A stretch of 64,000 nt of DNA from Ptychomitrium polyphyllum (taxonomy: Eukaryota). The notes beneath the pieces were generated by a model. That model saw only the letters and a program-made list of their open reading frames with translations. It did no database searches and was not told the DNA's origin. Both the position numbers and the translations under genes were made by a program. Positions 1-12,369 of the stretch are shown here, piece after piece (position 1 is the stretch's first letter; every line of letters starts with the position of its first letter). Location of the stretch: assembly GCA_973851085.1 (NCBI GenBank), contig OZ316775.1:15996001-16060000 (forward strand), given 5' to 3'.

Positions 1-905
1 TACAATCTACGACTATAGGATTATCATCACTGTAACTAGTGGTTTTCTAGTTGAACTGCAAGATGAAACTACGTATTTCATTCTGAATTGTCAAAATTAT
101 ACAAGGAATAATTTAATACCTTCTCATCAAGCAGGGAGCAACGCTGTCATTCGGCAATGACAGTCACTTGGCTTCACAAGTAATACATTCGTTGCAGATA
201 ACATAGGAATCTTCAATAACCAGCTCAAAACACGTGAATCATCTTTGTACCTTTCCAGGCGTCGTCAAACATGGTGGAATCATTACAGCTTCTTCACGAA
301 AGTGGAAGGACGTTGAATCATTCCAACTGGCCCTACCACGCTTTTAATCAACTGTGACATAATTATATGCCATATGCACATATAGCTGATGCTGCGGAGT
401 TGAAGAGCTTTCCCTCAGCTAATGTCTGAAAACTATACCTCTTACTGTTCCTGAGAACATTGCCAGAAGTTATATTTTATTGCTAAAAATGATAAGTAAA
501 GGATATCATTCAAAGAATATTGATGCAAAATTGTTAATATTTACGAAACAATGTAACTGCATATTCACTATCTGCCAGTGAAGCTTATAAACATTAGCAT
601 TCCATCCGAACTTTGACTACATGGTCGGAAATTTATGTACTTTCGACCAACGCCTTCACGTTCCCTTCACTTCCAATGTTTCTGTGAGAAAAATGCTCCA
701 AGGCTGTTCAAAAGATTCTCTACCCTACACTATGAAGCACACACATCATCAGCAGCAGTTTGAAAGGCTCCACACTAAAACCCTAAACCATCCATTTCTA
801 AATAAGACTGACTAAGGCATACAGTGCTGTATGGTATGTGCACTAGTCTAGTGCGAAAAAAGCTTGCATCACATCCAATGAGAGAATTCGAAAGAAAACC
901 TAGCC

Positions 906-2155
906 ATGGTCACTTACCATGTGCACACAGTTTTGCTTATGGCGAACATCTTTTTTAACAATGAGCTCGACTTCCACCCCTCGAATGAAGTTTACGCCTG
1001 CATTGCCTTCGAAGAAATCCTCTTTATCACTGTCTTCTGCCATGTCGTCGCCAAAGATGTGCCTTGTCTTGTCATATTTGTCGCCATGAGCATCCGCACG
1101 ACCAAAATTCTCCCTGGCCTTACGGGAGCTGACTGTGTCCGGATCGTGGCTGCCGAAGAGATTGCGGCCTTTCTCTCCCAGTTGGAATGCCGTGTCCTCA
1201 CAGCCGAACAGATTGACGATATGGTGACACCCCATATCTCTGATGCCGAACAAATCTCTATGTTCTCGAGCTGGCACATCCGCATCCTCGAAACCAAAGA
1301 TCGCTTAATGTCTTGTTCCGCGGTGACGCCGGTGGTGCTCCGCAGCTACGCCCGAACGAACACCCCTGCAAGCTGGTAGATCTCCATAAACAGCCATAAT
1401 CTTGAAATCTGGAAAAACCGCAGGAGCACCAGATATGGCGGCATCCTCAGCGAGTACATGGGAAACCTTCCAGTAATGGAAACCGTGTTTCCAAAACCTG
1501 GGCACCTTGTCATCAGCTGTGAAGTGAATTCTCTGGCGTCGCTCTCGCTTTCTGGACGTCAGCACTCCTCCGCCCAAGTCGAACGTGTCAATCATTTCAT
1601 CTTTTGACCCTCAAATCCCCAATCAATCAAACTCATTTCAATGAAGGAGACTGTTTAGCGTCATCCGCCCTGATGTCAATCTATGTTGAGCTGCACTTTT
1701 CCATGAATTTCGGTTCTAATGTTTCACCAACGAATTCCTCACATTCTATTGAACTTGAATGAAATCTCGCAGCAAGACATTCAGTTCTGGGAGGCACCAC
1801 TTCAGACGACCGTTGAGTTTCCCGGTGTCCTCTGTGAAACTAAGACATCACGGACGGCATCTTCAATGCTGCGTCTCACAATTTGGAAGTACAAACAATC
1901 ATTCTACCGTAATATGGAATAGTATAAATCTTTTCACCGTTGTCTTAGAGGATGCTCGCACCTGGGCGTCCAGAGCTGCAAACAGAGTCGGCACAGAGTG
2001 TTACAGAAGTTGATGTTCGCACCACGTACGTCGCTACGGTTTTCTATGACATGGTATTACCTCTTTTGAACGGTAGTCCACTGGACTTTAGCAACCACGA
2101 ACTTATGTGGACACAAAAGGGGTACCAGCATAAGAGGGCCTCAAGTGCTCACTGA
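906..2155 (+). other. Unidentified, probably decayed coding sequence
   Basis: 157-aa ORF 906-1379 rich in C-ending codons. The frame stays open past a TAG at 1377-1379 (ISINSHNLEIWKNRR...). Further ORF fragments at 1719-2155. No family recognised. Confidence 0.3.
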
Positions 2156-3062
2156 AATTATTTATTGAAGCAAGTTGAAACTTCTGCCAGTATGCAAGGC
2201 ACTGCCTGGCCAACTTGTGAAACGTCAACCGCTAAGTTCACATGAACCCCACCTTGAAACAAAGTGGATTTCACAACTTTAAAAACCGGACTACAGTGAG
2301 AATTTTCTAGTGGACACATTCCTCTGCGCTAGGTTTCGAGTTCCTTCCGTTTCATCTGGCTAGGGTAGAATTGCAGGGAACCAGATGTGCCTACTGCTGC
2401 AAGATGGCGAGAAGTGATGGCAACGCGAGCAGTGACTCTAAGTCCAATCTTCCCATAGCACAGGGACAAGCAGGTTAAAGAAAAGTTGATGCTGACGTTG
2501 TGATTGCAATTCGTAGATTGTATGTAGCACTTGACAGTGTTTATCTTATGGTGCAAATGTCTTCTCCTTTGCCTCTGATTGTTGAACATTATATTTCTTG
2601 CACACAGAACACATACTCTTGGATGCATATACGAGTACAAATGTCATGGGGTTATCCTTACTGCAGGTCATATTAGAATTGTCAGCCTTCAATTTTTATT
2701 CTAAAATATTTTTCATCAGATGATTTATAATATTTTTTTCTCCATGTGTACTTCAGCAGCTTGTCTGGCATTGATGCCTCCTACACACGAGGAACCACCC
2801 TCCGATGCCAAAAATTAGATAACTGTTGTTCAAATGAGATGAGACAATGGAAATTGAAATAATTTCATTCCTCATTGTTGCCCATGCATGTAGGAACCAA
2901 CTCGCCTTCTTATGCACCAGCTACACACCTTAGAGCCACATTGTATGGACATCCTAGAGCCAGGCCATCTTGATGTGTTCAAAGCAGAGGCAAGCGGAAG
3001 GTGGCAGGCAGAGCACTGAGCTCTAAGTCAAAGGCCCAGGAGGACTGGGCGCAGACACCGAA

Positions 3063-3560
3063 ACAAGACCATTTTGGCATCGTAAGAAGCGCTACCCCAA
3101 CTGGACGGGATGGAAGGGAGAGCAGTGCATTCATAAGGTGCAAGCCTGCAAACACAAGTGGCAGAGCATGTTGTCCGACTTCAAGAGAATTGCCGATTTC
3201 CACAACAGCACGGGTAGAAACGAGGAAGAATTTTTTCATCTCACCTTCGTTGACAGGCGGCACCACTATCTCCCAACGACGTTCTTTAGAGACTTATGAT
3301 GGCATGCATAAATTTATGATGCACCGTTCGACAATGGCATAAAAACGATAGCGGGACATGCAACAAGAGGAAATTGCACGACTTCATTTACTGCACCAGG
3401 GCGATGTGGTTGACGCCATCTTGACCCTGGCAAATGCCATTCGAGGGCCTTCCATCAATGCTGCGCTTGCCAGCGAGCCCCCTGGCCCTTCTCATGCTCT
3501 TCTTCTACCACATCTCCTCCCCCATCAACCGGGGTTTGGGCTGATGATGAACCTACCTAT
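3063..3560 (+). pseudogene. Trihelix (Myb/SANT-like) transcription factor remnant, ASR3/SH4-like
   Basis: Frame 3 reads RKKRYPNWT...CKHKWQSMLSDFKRIADFH...EEFFHLTFVDRRHHYLPTTFFRD. A frameshift near 3295 leads to YDGMHKF, followed by C-terminal-like QGDVVDAILTLANAIRG. Upstream in-frame stop; helices 1-2 appear deleted. Confidence 0.7.
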
Positions 3561-4452
3561 GCTCCGGAAAATACTCTCCGACCAAGTGAGGAGTGACAAT
3601 ACCTGCACAACCAACGGAGCAATGATTAGTCTACATTCCGTACTAGTTTGTAAAATTTGTCATTACTGAATTGAAAGTAGAATATTAGCCGACATTCTAG
3701 AGGACAGAGATGCTTGTGTGTGAGTGCGTATACCTTTGCGTTATCAGATATAAGAAGCCTGCAATGTACGCAGCGACCCTGCAGTAGGAGGTATGTTAGA
3801 TCATGTAGTTTCTTGAGTTTGTTAAGCCTGTTTCTAGTTTCTTCAAGCTTCGTTCTTCAGGTTCTTATATGCTTGTAATTTCAGGGTAACATAACAGAAG
3901 TGACTTCTATTTTAAACTAAAAAGAAATAGCAGTAATTTACAAGTTACGTGCTTTGATATGACATCTACAACAACCTCCTTATTTAGTGATAATTCGTAG
4001 TGCCTTTGCTAGTTGTACCTTCTAATAGTATTTAGAGATCCCAAAAGGACTTGGCAAATGCTGAAGGTTCACCCTAAACTTGGAAGTGCTGAAATCTGCT
4101 TCGACGGCACAAAGTAGCTTCTGAAATATTCAGAAGCTTGTCGATCCAAATGTGCTCACTTTGATATTATCTACAAGTATGTAGAGTGTGTGAATTCAAG
4201 TGTACGCTTTCGGTAGAACATGTCAGTGTTGGGTATGGCGACGGATTTGGGGTATTGGCTTCCTTGGCACTGGATGAAAGAGGAGTGGAAAGGGTGGATG
4301 GACATCGCTGCCACTGAAACTTCATGCGGCAGTCAAGGCTGGAGTTCGTGGGGATCTGCGGAGGAAAAGTGCCTGCACGAACTTCGAAGTCGTTGCGGCG
4401 ATGGTGGATATGAAGCAAGAGCAGAGGTGACAGAAGAACTTGGGGGAGGGCT

Positions 4453-5713
4453 ATGGCCACTATGGCCGCTGTGGCCCCCATAGCAGGTGGTGCTGCTGCT
4501 GGCGGTGGCGGCGGTGGTGTGCCGGATCTGCAGAGCTTGGTTGCGTCGTTGGATGCGGCTCTTCTGCCTTGCTTGCCAGCTCGGGAGCTGCAGGCTGCTG
4601 ACCGCTCGACGCACCCCTCGCATCAAGGTTAATCTATCATTTCTCTTCTAGATGGACCCAGTCAAACAATTTGGAATGTTTCCGTGTTCAGTGATTAGAT
4701 GACTCAGCTGGTGATGATGGTCTCACCGAGTGAGGCTAATGCTGGACACTGGGGTTTAGGGATTATCTGTGCTCGTCAATGGCTTCGGAGCTAGTTGGAT
4801 GACCTTGTGCTGCTCTCGTGTAGGTTTTGGGTTTGTAGTTGTGAACTGGATGCTTGGTTTGGGCTTTGTGTCGGAAAAGTGTGTGTTGGGGTTTTTAACA
4901 ATTCCCACACTTTGAGCTAGGACATATTTCTGTCGACCTAGAGCGTGGGACAGGCATTGGCGTCTCAATCACAAGGCCATCAGTTTAATCTTAGAAGTAT
5001 CTATGCTGGTTTGTGGTCTAAAATTTACAATGTACTTGTTTACTTGCAGATGGTACTTGGCCAGGTTCAGCTTCCCTAGGCTAGACACTGGATTGAAAAT
5101 GTGTGTGTTTCGATTTCTGTAACTTCTGAATGTTAGGTTTCGTTTGTCTTTCAATCTGTACTGGGTACTGCTGGAATCGCTTACACTGAACAGAGGAGCT
5201 CCTATTGGTGCTATGTGTGCAGTTGATGTGGAGAGACATGCGGCTGACTTCATGGAGGCAGCGAAGACTTTGCAGTTGTATTTCATACGAGCTCAACATG
5301 AACATCGACCCAGTAAAGAAGAAGCTCTGAGAAAGGTGGAAATTTGGCCTGCTTATATTGACTGTTCATAGGCCTTCATCGGATTTTTTGGTAACATGAT
5401 TTGCTAAAAAAATTCTCCTAGAGCAAACCAAAAGATTTCGTTTACCCCACTTGCTGTCTCTCGGTCGGTTGTTTTTTGACACCGTTTTATTAGAAATGTA
5501 TGTGGGTCAAAGTACGCGTTCATAATGTTCTTGTCCAATTTCACATGCGTAAAAGATTTGAACATCTTTTTGCTGCAGGAAATAGTAGCTCTTGAGGCCG
5601 AGTTAAAAGTAAAAGATGCATTGATGGAGAAGCAAAGTAAGCTCTTGCAGCATTGGCAGGGTCGGTTGGAAGCTCAAAAGAACAACCACGTTGAGGAGAT
5701 AGAGCGAGTCTGA
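4453..5713 (+). CDS. MED28: Mediator complex subunit 28 (3 exons: 4453-4627, 5223-5335, 5579-5713)
   Basis: Spliced product contains LDAALLPCLPARELQAADRSTHPSHQ|VDVERHAADFMEAAKTLQLYF...EEALRK|EIVALEAELKVKD...HVEEIERV*, matching plant MED28. GT-AG introns keep the frame. Confidence 0.93.
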
Positions 5714-7699
5714 GGAGGCCTTGGATCAACTTCACCTTTACAGGGTTACAGACGACCAACGCATGCACGTTGATATACTGCACAGAGTACTTTAGGGCAT
5801 GCTTGAGGACTTAGGATTGTTATTCTTATTTTCTAGTGAATGTGAAAACTCTACAAATAGCACAAAGGAGCGCTTCGCACCTGCATTTTAGGCGTCGTCC
5901 CATACAAATGAGCTATGTCAAGATTTTTTGGAGTTGTTGCAAGGTCCTCAGTGCCCGTAATATTTGAAGCTGAACACTTGGTGAAAGTTGATATTTAAGT
6001 GTTTTTTATCATCCTTGTAGACTTATCTGTTCTACTTTGTGCAAACAACTTGACCATTGCCTTGGCTTGCATGGTAAAATACATGCTGTTTCTGTAAATG
6101 AATCAAATTGTGATCATGTTGTGTTGGTCAAATGTGCAGTCCATTTATTAATAACAAACATTATGTTGCTTTTGAATGTAGTCTCCTAAAATATACTGAG
6201 TTTCCTTACAAGACTAGCTTCCTCTGGAAGGTCGTTCTTAATTTCAAAGCTTGAGGATGACAATTCTAACTATATCTTTTGAAATGACCAAATTGCTTCC
6301 TGACTTCACATTACCGATACATACTTTTAAGAAAATGCCAGAAGCTGAAACTTAGAATTACAGTACACAATGGTCCCAATGTGAAATGTCTCGACACCTT
6401 AGAAGTGGTGAACCAGGTCAAATTTCTCTAATAGTCTATTACACCAGAACACTACTGTCTCCAGAACTGTGAGTGCTATTCCAATAAACCTCATTCGAAA
6501 CATTGTATGGATCTGAAGGACGCCATTCTGCTGCAGTGTTAGCTAACACAACGAAGGTGGTAAGTTCGACTTACCTGTCCCAGATTGCTACAAATAATAC
6601 GCTACTTGATACGCTTACTCGGTTAGATACACGGAGGTACTCATTGGAATTTACTACAAATTTTGCATCATTGCTGACAAAATAAGTTACTGTCAATCCT
6701 CCTAAGATCCATGAAGTAGCTATCAGGCAGAGGAAAAGAGCGAGACTTGGCACAAACCAATAACTCACCCTGTCCAGATGCACCATGAGTGCAGCACAAA
6801 CACAAAGTAACTATTTTGGAACTCAAACTCTCTTAGAACCTGGAGTGTAAGCCACGAAGGGAACCACCGTGTTAATAACCGATCAGTTCAGGATCTGCAA
6901 CACCGCTGTAAAGAGCTATTCAAAATTGTTTCAAATTACAAACACTTTTTTTCGTTTTATACCTGTACAACTTTGGTACAACCTGAACGAGTTCTTCGAA
7001 AGTACCTGGCGTCATCTGCTTGGCTGGGAATGACATGTCCTTGTCCCCCTAAATTTTACTCGCAGCATCAGTACAGTACGAATACAAACCCAAAAACCCT
7101 TCTCAGACCGGTTGTATCTATATGCCGCTTCATTAGTACCGCGCCACCTCTTGTTTTCATTTTTCGATTGGAACGAATCAACGTTGATCCATTTAAGTCA
7201 GTTAACTCCAAATCGCGCAGGCAGCCAAACTATGGCCTTAGCTGATATTTGCCGGATAAGGAAGGGAACCACTATCAAGGTTTAAATGCTGTTTTAAACC
7301 ATGCTTCGCAATGGTATACTCTCCCTTGTGCCCAATTACCCTAATCGTTACATATTAAAATCTTCAAGTACTAAGCTCTATTCAAGCCTCAAGAAAAGGT
7401 ATCTCGCAACATATTCACAGTGTAGATCCACAATCAATGTATAGTCATGAATCAGCGCAATAATGAAACGCAGACTCGAGATGCAATTCATGCGCTAAAA
7501 CATTAAGTCATCACTGAAATAATCTTAAACATCATCCACCGTTTACTTATCGACAAAATGTGCCATGGTAAATGAATGATCATAGAACAAGCAGGCAGTA
7601 CAAAACAGAAAAGCAGAGAAAGCAGAGAAGCCATGACTCCCAACGAGATACACCACATTGCTGACTGCAAAAAAGAGTTTACTTTAAACACCAATGTAC

Positions 7700-9246
7700 T
7701 TACTCACAAACAACATCGGAATAAAGAAAGACAGTTCTCCTAAAGCAATCCTTCACTTCTAAAAGCTCTACATCGAAGACCTCAAATTGCTTGGCACTGA
7801 AAAATGTCGATGGTCCAACCTGTCGAAAAAGAAGAGAATATTCAGTGAGAAATGAAGAGTAGCAGTACATAGCAAACGAACACTTCGTAGATCACATAAC
7901 TTCGCTGGATATGACGACATCAATATTATCACAGTGACCGTTACTCTAACTTCCGTTAAACCAACATTGTGTACACATACTTAATTCCTGTTTCCTTCAT
8001 GACGAATAACAAATCATATAAACTCAAGAAACAAGGTATTGAGAAAGAAAAGAGCAAGAATGAATCGGAAGCTAGGCCTAATAAAAAAGCAACAAAAACC
8101 CTCAATTCGATGCCTCTCATTAAAGTTGAGAAGACCTACCGGAGGCCCAAGCTCGGGAGGAATAACAATACGACGCTTGCCCCCAGGCTTCATAGTTCGA
8201 AGCCCTTCTTCAAAACCTACACAGATGTACATCTCATCAAGCCTGAGCTTACACTCGAACATATGAGAAATCCAAGAGTACCTGACCAGCACATACATAT
8301 TGAAGGTAATAACAGCGAGTAAGGATAAAGGATGTACCAGGGATCATGCCTTTGATACCAAGTCGTGTACGTGCCGGTTCACCTTGTTGATAGCTACTAT
8401 CAATGCGCCGTCCGTTCTCATTGTAACCTATGTAATGGAATTTTACCTCCTCGTAAAAACCATCGACAACACACATACGCTCTAATTAGGATGTGCAGTG
8501 TACATTGAATGCAACTTCTCTCGTTGAACCTAATCCATTATTAAGCTTTCATTTTTCAGAAATACTAAACAAGGTAATGTAAACACCTGCTGTCCATCCT
8601 TGGGCTGCTCGCCCTGGCCTTCGACAAGGTCTAGGAAAATAAGTCCCGACTGCGCCGTCGTATACTTCTCATCTGTTACCACCTTCACTTCGAATCCTGA
8701 AAACACCACATTCGCGCACATTGGGTGAAAGAACTTCCACCCTAAAAAGAAGATATGAACAACCTTTAGTACCCAATGAAGCCCCCTACTACTCTAATTT
8801 CAGAAAGGACAAGAAGGGTAGCACTGCACGACGACGTCGAGACGATACTCTGGCAAAAAAGTTAACAAATGAAGCTAAAAGTATATACCTTCACGAATGA
8901 AATTAGGAAAATCCCCAGGAGCATTGTTAACTTTTTGCATTCGCCGATTCTGATCGAGCAATTTCTTTTCATCATAAGGACTCCGCGTGTCTTTCTTCGT
9001 AACTGCAACAGCAGCGCCTTTCTCCGCCCATCTTCCCACTAGAAGTGCACTTCCTAACCCTATAGCAGCATTCAAAAAATACCTGCGCCCTGATGTCCTA
9101 CATGAAGCGAACTGAGAGTCATCTAAACCATTCGACAGCGCTTCTCCCCTACCGCAAACCTCCGCTGTCAATCCAGCATTCAATTTACAAATCTCATCTC
9201 CGACGTCCGAGTGCATACACCGCAACTTCGCACACGTCGTCCGCAT
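7700..9246 (-). CDS. FKBP20-2: Thylakoid-lumen FKBP-type peptidyl-prolyl isomerase FKBP20-2 (about 5 coding exons; start codon uncertain)
   Basis: YDEKKLLDQNRRMQKVNNAPGDFPNFIRE|GFEVKVV...PKDGQQ|VKFHYIGYNENGRRIDSSY...|GFEEGLRTMKPGGKRRIVIPPELGPP|VGPSTFFSAKQFEVFDVEL...YSDVVCE*. Tat-type twin-arginine signal SGRRYFL in the N-terminus. Confidence 0.9.
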
Positions 9247-10239
9247 TGCCAAGCTTGGGGCCTCCCCTAACCCTTTCCAGGCGCTTCTAGAAGCCCATGC
9301 TGATGCCGTATTGCAAAGAAAATCACGTCATCAGAACACAGAAACCCCAACAAAGCCTGTATTCATTTTCCTCAACTCGACTCTGAATTCAATGCACCGC
9401 TCACCTCGCAGCGCAGCTCACCGAAACACCTCTAGTGACTTCAAAGAACTTTAAAAACAAAAACTACTACTACTACTACTACACTATCAAGAATCTCACT
9501 ACCAGTATATGGACTCGCAACCGTCAAGATCAACCATGAGAGTGAGCTGACAACAGAGCGCCTGCCCCAGCACACTTGCAATGGTATCAAGGTACCACAG
9601 AAAACCCGACGCTTGGCCAGATAAGGTTAGTTGAGTTCATACAGGTGGAAGTGGGCAGCAAACAAGCTGCAGAAGCTGCAGCCATAGCTGCTAGATAAGT
9701 GCAACAGCAACAGCGATCCGCTGCAACGCGAACTCCGCACCGCAATTCACAGCGGCAGTATCTAGCTTCTTGAGTCCGTGGCGTCGCAGATCCCTTGCGC
9801 CTGCGCTCTCCAGGTCGCCGCCGAGGTCTCAGCGTCCAACGCAGCCGTCGTCCGCACGTGTGAAAGCGTCCTCGCGTCACCCCGAATGGTGGTGAAAACG
9901 GGGACACCGTGTCGAGTATGACTGCTGTCTGACTAAACACCGCTGCTATTGTAGAGCCAGATGCTCGTGCAGCTAAACAAAATGTTATGATTTGGTGCAA
10001 GTAAGTAGGGAAAGCCTAATCCGTGGGGTCAAACTTTTTAATAACCTAATGCATCATCTGCGTTAAGGGTTTAAGTATATGGATGTATGAAAATGTAAGA
10101 GTGTTTTGTAAATTGAGTAAGACTTTAGAATACATTTTGTGAATTTTTTTAGAACTGTATTTACATGTTTTAAGTATATTATTTTTTGTTGCCAAGGCTT
10201 AAATATGTATATAGTGTTTTCCGTGGGGCTTGTAGAGAT

Positions 10240-10380
10240 GGACTATAAGGAACTAGGGGGACTGGAAGAGTCTGGGGAGGACTAGGAAGGACGGAGTGGA
10301 CTGGAAGGGACTGGGAGGGTCTAGGATTTAAAAGGGACTTGTAGGACTAGAATGGACTGCGTGGGACTGGGAGGGAGCTG
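10240..10380 (+). repeat. Degenerate purine-rich ~10-bp tandem repeat (GGACTRGRAG-like)
   Basis: Repeated units such as ggactataag, ggactggaag, ggactaggaa, ggactgggag and ggactagaat, upstream of the helicase ATG. Confidence 0.65.
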
Positions 10381-10542
10381 GCCTCCCATAGATTGAATGA
10401 AGTAAATCTCATTGAGCTGGTAGATGATGGCGGTTTTGGGTGCATTGATTGTTCTGGGAATGCATTTCATAGTGTGGAGTGATCATCTTGCGGCGCCTGT
10501 GTTTGGAGCTGCAGGCTCGTCAATTGCAGCAGCAGCTGAGCT

Positions 10543-12369
10543 ATGGCGCGCTGCGCGGCTGCGGCGTCCGTGTCGGCCCTCGTCCCATACACCAGGGCTG
10601 CCTTCGTCTCACCGTCGCACCAGTATCTTTTGTACGTGCGCGGGCTGAGTTTCTTGAGCTTTGACAGGGCGGGACTTAGGCTTCGTTGCGTCTCGGCACC
10701 GAGGAGGCGCTTCTCAGCCTCGTTGGGTATTCGAGCTGGAATTGGGAGTGGTGACGATCAGCAGGGGGTGTTTTGGGCGGAGAAGAGCGTCACATGGAGG
10801 TCATTGGGACTAGATAACGAGGTAGCTGGGGCGCTGGCGCGGGCGGAACTTCCGCAGCCGTCGCTGGTGCAGGCGGCAGCAGTGCCTGTGATTCTGGGGA
10901 CGGGCGACGTGGTGGTGGCTGCGGAGACGGGGAGCGGGAAGACGCACACGTACCTGGCGCCTTTGGTGCAGAAGCTGTGGACGGCGAGCGCAGGCAGAGT
11001 GGAGGAGGGAGGGGTGAAGGGCATAGGGAGAAACCCTCAGAGCCATTTTGAGGGTTTAGGGTTTGGATTAGGGTTGGTGTTGTGTCCCAATGCGTTGCTG
11101 TGCCATCAGGTTGTGGACATGGCGAATGCGCTTCGGGGTGAGGATGGGCTGCCTCTCGTTCGCGTGGATGTCATAACGGGGGGTCAGGGGTGGCCGACTC
11201 AACTTCCGGATGTTGTTGTTGCGACTCCTGCAGCTTTGATGAATAATTTGTTTGGGTTTGAAGCGAACCGTCGTCGACGCTTGGCGTTTGTTAGAGCTGT
11301 GAGAATGGTTGTTTTCGACGAGGCGGATATGTTGTTGGGAGGCGGGTTTGTCCGGGATGTCGGGAGGCTCATTGACTTGTTTCGATTGGAAGAGAAGCGA
11401 ATTTCCAAGCTTCGAGAGCTGGAAGCGTTGCAGAATGGGAAGGTGGAGTTTGAAAAGCCTGAGTTTCTGAGAGTTTGGAGTGAGGCTGAGGAAAAGGCGG
11501 AAGGAGAGGAAGAGGTAGACGTGGAGGAGGTTGAAAACGATGCCGAGGGGATCCACGATGACAGTGGGAATTCTTTGCTTTTTCAGCAGCGGTCGCCAGA
11601 GATCGTTGCTTCCACTGGACAGAATCCGTCAATGCAGAGGAGGACCGATTGGCTGCGGTCTAGGAAGCAGTACAAACGAAGTAAACAATTCATATTCGTT
11701 GCAGCCACACTTCCTCGGGCTGGCAAGAGTTCACCTGCGGCGGTGCTCAAGCAAAAATTTCCAGCAATGACTTGGGTCAATGGTAACCTCCTTCATCGCC
11801 ATAACCCTACATTAGAGCACCGGTGGGTACAGGTTACCAAAGACAATAATCTGTTATCGTTACTTGTTGACGCTTTGAGGGACAGTCAGTTCAACGGTAG
11901 AACACTCGTTTTCGCCAACAGCGTTGAAGGCGTGGATGCCATTGCGCGTGTGCTCGATCAATCTGGGTTGAAATGCATGCGTTATCATCGGGACTTGAGC
12001 GTGGAGGATAAGGCAACGGTACTGCAAGTTTTCGAACAAGACGGTGGTATCCTCATTTGCACGGATGCCGCAGCTCGAGGCCTTGATATTCCCAATATAA
12101 CTCATGTCATTCAAGCAGAGTTTGCAACTTCAGCAGTGGACTTTATTCATAGGATCGGTCGTACTGCTAGAGCAGGTCAACCTGGACTTGTGACTAGTAT
12201 CTTCACAGACGCAAATATTGAACTTGTCAATGCTATGCGTGATGCTGTTGCTGCTGCCTTGCCTGTTGAAGGTGCATTCAGTCGCAAGAGAAGTTTGCGC
12301 AGAAAAATCAAGAAGTATGGTTCTTATCAGGAGTCCCAGAAGGCCAAGTCAGCTTTGTTGAAGCAGTAA
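10543..12369 (+). CDS. RH22: DEAD-box ATP-dependent RNA helicase 22-like (likely plastid), single exon, 608 aa
   Basis: Q motif (PSLVQ), AETGSGKT, VVATPAAL, VVFDEAD, AATLP, TDAAARGLD, HRIGRTARAG and the RH22-type C-terminal AFSRKRSLRRK. N-terminus resembles a transit peptide. Confidence 0.88.
   Translation: MARCAAAASVSALVPYTRAAFVSPSHQYLLYVRGLSFLSFDRAGLRLRCVSAPRRRFSASLGIRAGIGSGDDQQGVFWAEKSVTWRSLGLDNEVAGALARAELPQPSLVQAAAVPVILGTGDVVVAAETGSGKTHTYLAPLVQKLWTASAGRVEEGGVKGIGRNPQSHFEGLGFGLGLVLCPNALLCHQVVDMANALRGEDGLPLVRVDVITGGQGWPTQLPDVVVATPAALMNNLFGFEANRRRRLAFVRAVRMVVFDEADMLLGGGFVRDVGRLIDLFRLEEKRISKLRELEALQNGKVEFEKPEFLRVWSEAEEKAEGEEEVDVEEVENDAEGIHDDSGNSLLFQQRSPEIVASTGQNPSMQRRTDWLRSRKQYKRSKQFIFVAATLPRAGKSSPAAVLKQKFPAMTWVNGNLLHRHNPTLEHRWVQVTKDNNLLSLLVDALRDSQFNGRTLVFANSVEGVDAIARVLDQSGLKCMRYHRDLSVEDKATVLQVFEQDGGILICTDAAARGLDIPNITHVIQAEFATSAVDFIHRIGRTARAGQPGLVTSIFTDANIELVNAMRDAVAAALPVEGAFSRKRSLRRKIKKYGSYQESQKAKSALLKQ

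Noticed and set aside
9587..10000. 137-aa minus-strand ORF between FKBP20-2 and RH22
   Set aside because: Non-ATG start, low complexity and no recognisable homology.
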